Positions 19,199-20,000 of a stretch of DNA of 20,000 bases are shown piece after piece. The notes under the pieces were generated by a model. That model had not been told where the DNA came from. It searched no databases and saw nothing but the letters and a program-made list of their open reading frames with translations. The position numbers were made by a program, and so were the translations under genes. Position 1 is the stretch's first letter. Every line of letters starts with the position of its first letter. The stretch is from positions 233,903 to 253,902 of the forward strand of contig NW_008246130.1 in the NCBI RefSeq assembly GCF_000281045.1, given 5' to 3'. Source of the stretch: Saprolegnia diclina VS20. Its lineage: Eukaryota.

Positions 19199-19551
19199 TT
19201 AGCTGCGGAACTTGCCCCAGACGTGGAGCAAGACGACGAAGCCGACGAACATCAAGCAGAGGACGAGGACAGTGGTGGGGCCCATCTTAATGCCAGGGGC
19301 GTCGTCCGTGTAGAAGCGAAGGATACCAGCGGAGCTACCACCCATGCCACGACCCGTGTTGGCTGACGATTTGGCGGCAGGGCGACGGCTAGTCAAGAGC
19401 TATTAGACACAAGGTCCAGCGACAGGAGAGAGCGTACTTGCGCAGAGCGGCGGCGCTCGAGGGAGCTGCGGTGCTGGGCGTGCTGCTGGTCGACGACTAC
19501 AGAGGGTGCGGATGAGATACATTGGGACCACGTGCCCGGGACGTCTACCAT
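19199..19551 (-). CDS. SEC61B: Protein translocon subunit Sec61 beta, 83 aa, 3 exons
   Basis: Exons 19551-19549 (ATG), 19496-19438, 19388-19199; introns 52 and 49 nt. LRFYTDDAPGIKMGPTTVLVLCLMFVGFVVLLHVWGK signature. Confidence 0.94.
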
Positions 19552-19555
19552 GATG

Positions 19556-19573
19556 GCGAAAATGTGAAATGAG
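19556..19573 (-). promoter_or_regulatory. INR+FPR core promoter of Sec61 beta
   Basis: Minus strand CTCATTTCACATTTTCGC immediately upstream of the ATG, a close match to the oomycete 16-nt INR/FPR consensus. Confidence 0.7.
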
Positions 19574-20000
19574 AAAATAGAAATTGCTGCGCCACGGTTG
19601 GAAGACACGTCAGCATCAATTGACTTCGATTTTCGGCCGTCGCTGTATTCTATTACCTTGGTCTTTGTAAGCATTGTCGATGATTAAAAAGCAGCCCATT
19701 ACAAGTGTTACTCTCGCGGGTTTTACGGACCTGCCGGTTAAGCGATTGCACAGTGGGAAATACCAGTGGGAAATGTGTGTCAATCGCACGTTTTACACGC
19801 AGGATCCAACAGAACACGCCGACAATTATTACTTTCAACGAGATATATCGATCAAGTATCGATAGCATAGGCGCTAAGAGTAAGATCGTCCAAACCAATC
19901 AGTTCTTAGAGGCAGCCTCCTTGGCTAGCTTCGTCAGAGCATCCTATTCCCTATTTCGAGGTTCGGGCGAACTCGCATCCGGCATGGGTCAATAAGAAAG

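Noticed and set aside
1..20000. Functional gene cluster, CRISPR or prokaryotic defence system
   Set aside because: The genes are spliced eukaryotic housekeeping genes from unrelated pathways; no repeat-spacer array or operon logic is present.

Overview
Eukaryotic genomic DNA, most likely an oomycete and probably Saprolegniales (Saprolegnia/Achlya-like). This is inferred from oomycete-type INR/FPR core promoters, GC3-rich codons and very short introns. The window is extremely gene-dense: about 19 protein-coding genes in 20 kb, with 32 introns that I placed by hand (31 of them 42-63 nt). Most are housekeeping genes: Kish/TMEM167, SART1, mitochondrial phosphate carrier, IDI1, TBCB, uS17m, Rrp40, RPS9, CysRS, HIS6, SF3B5, Spt4 and Sec61beta. 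There are also a stand-alone SET protein, an EF-hand protein and three proteins of unknown function. I found no transposon, tRNA, rRNA or CRISPR. The most interesting observations are: (1) a five-exon minus-strand microgene, invisible in the ORF track, encoding an apparent UMA + UIM protein (candidate ESCRT-I fourth subunit) whose start codon is split by an intron; (2) a recurrent CCGGATA element seen only upstream of housekeeping genes, one base from the yeast Reb1 site; (3) a five-exon secreted Cys-rich protein of unknown family; (4) a GC-AG intron in HIS6. All gene models were built by eye and no searches were run.
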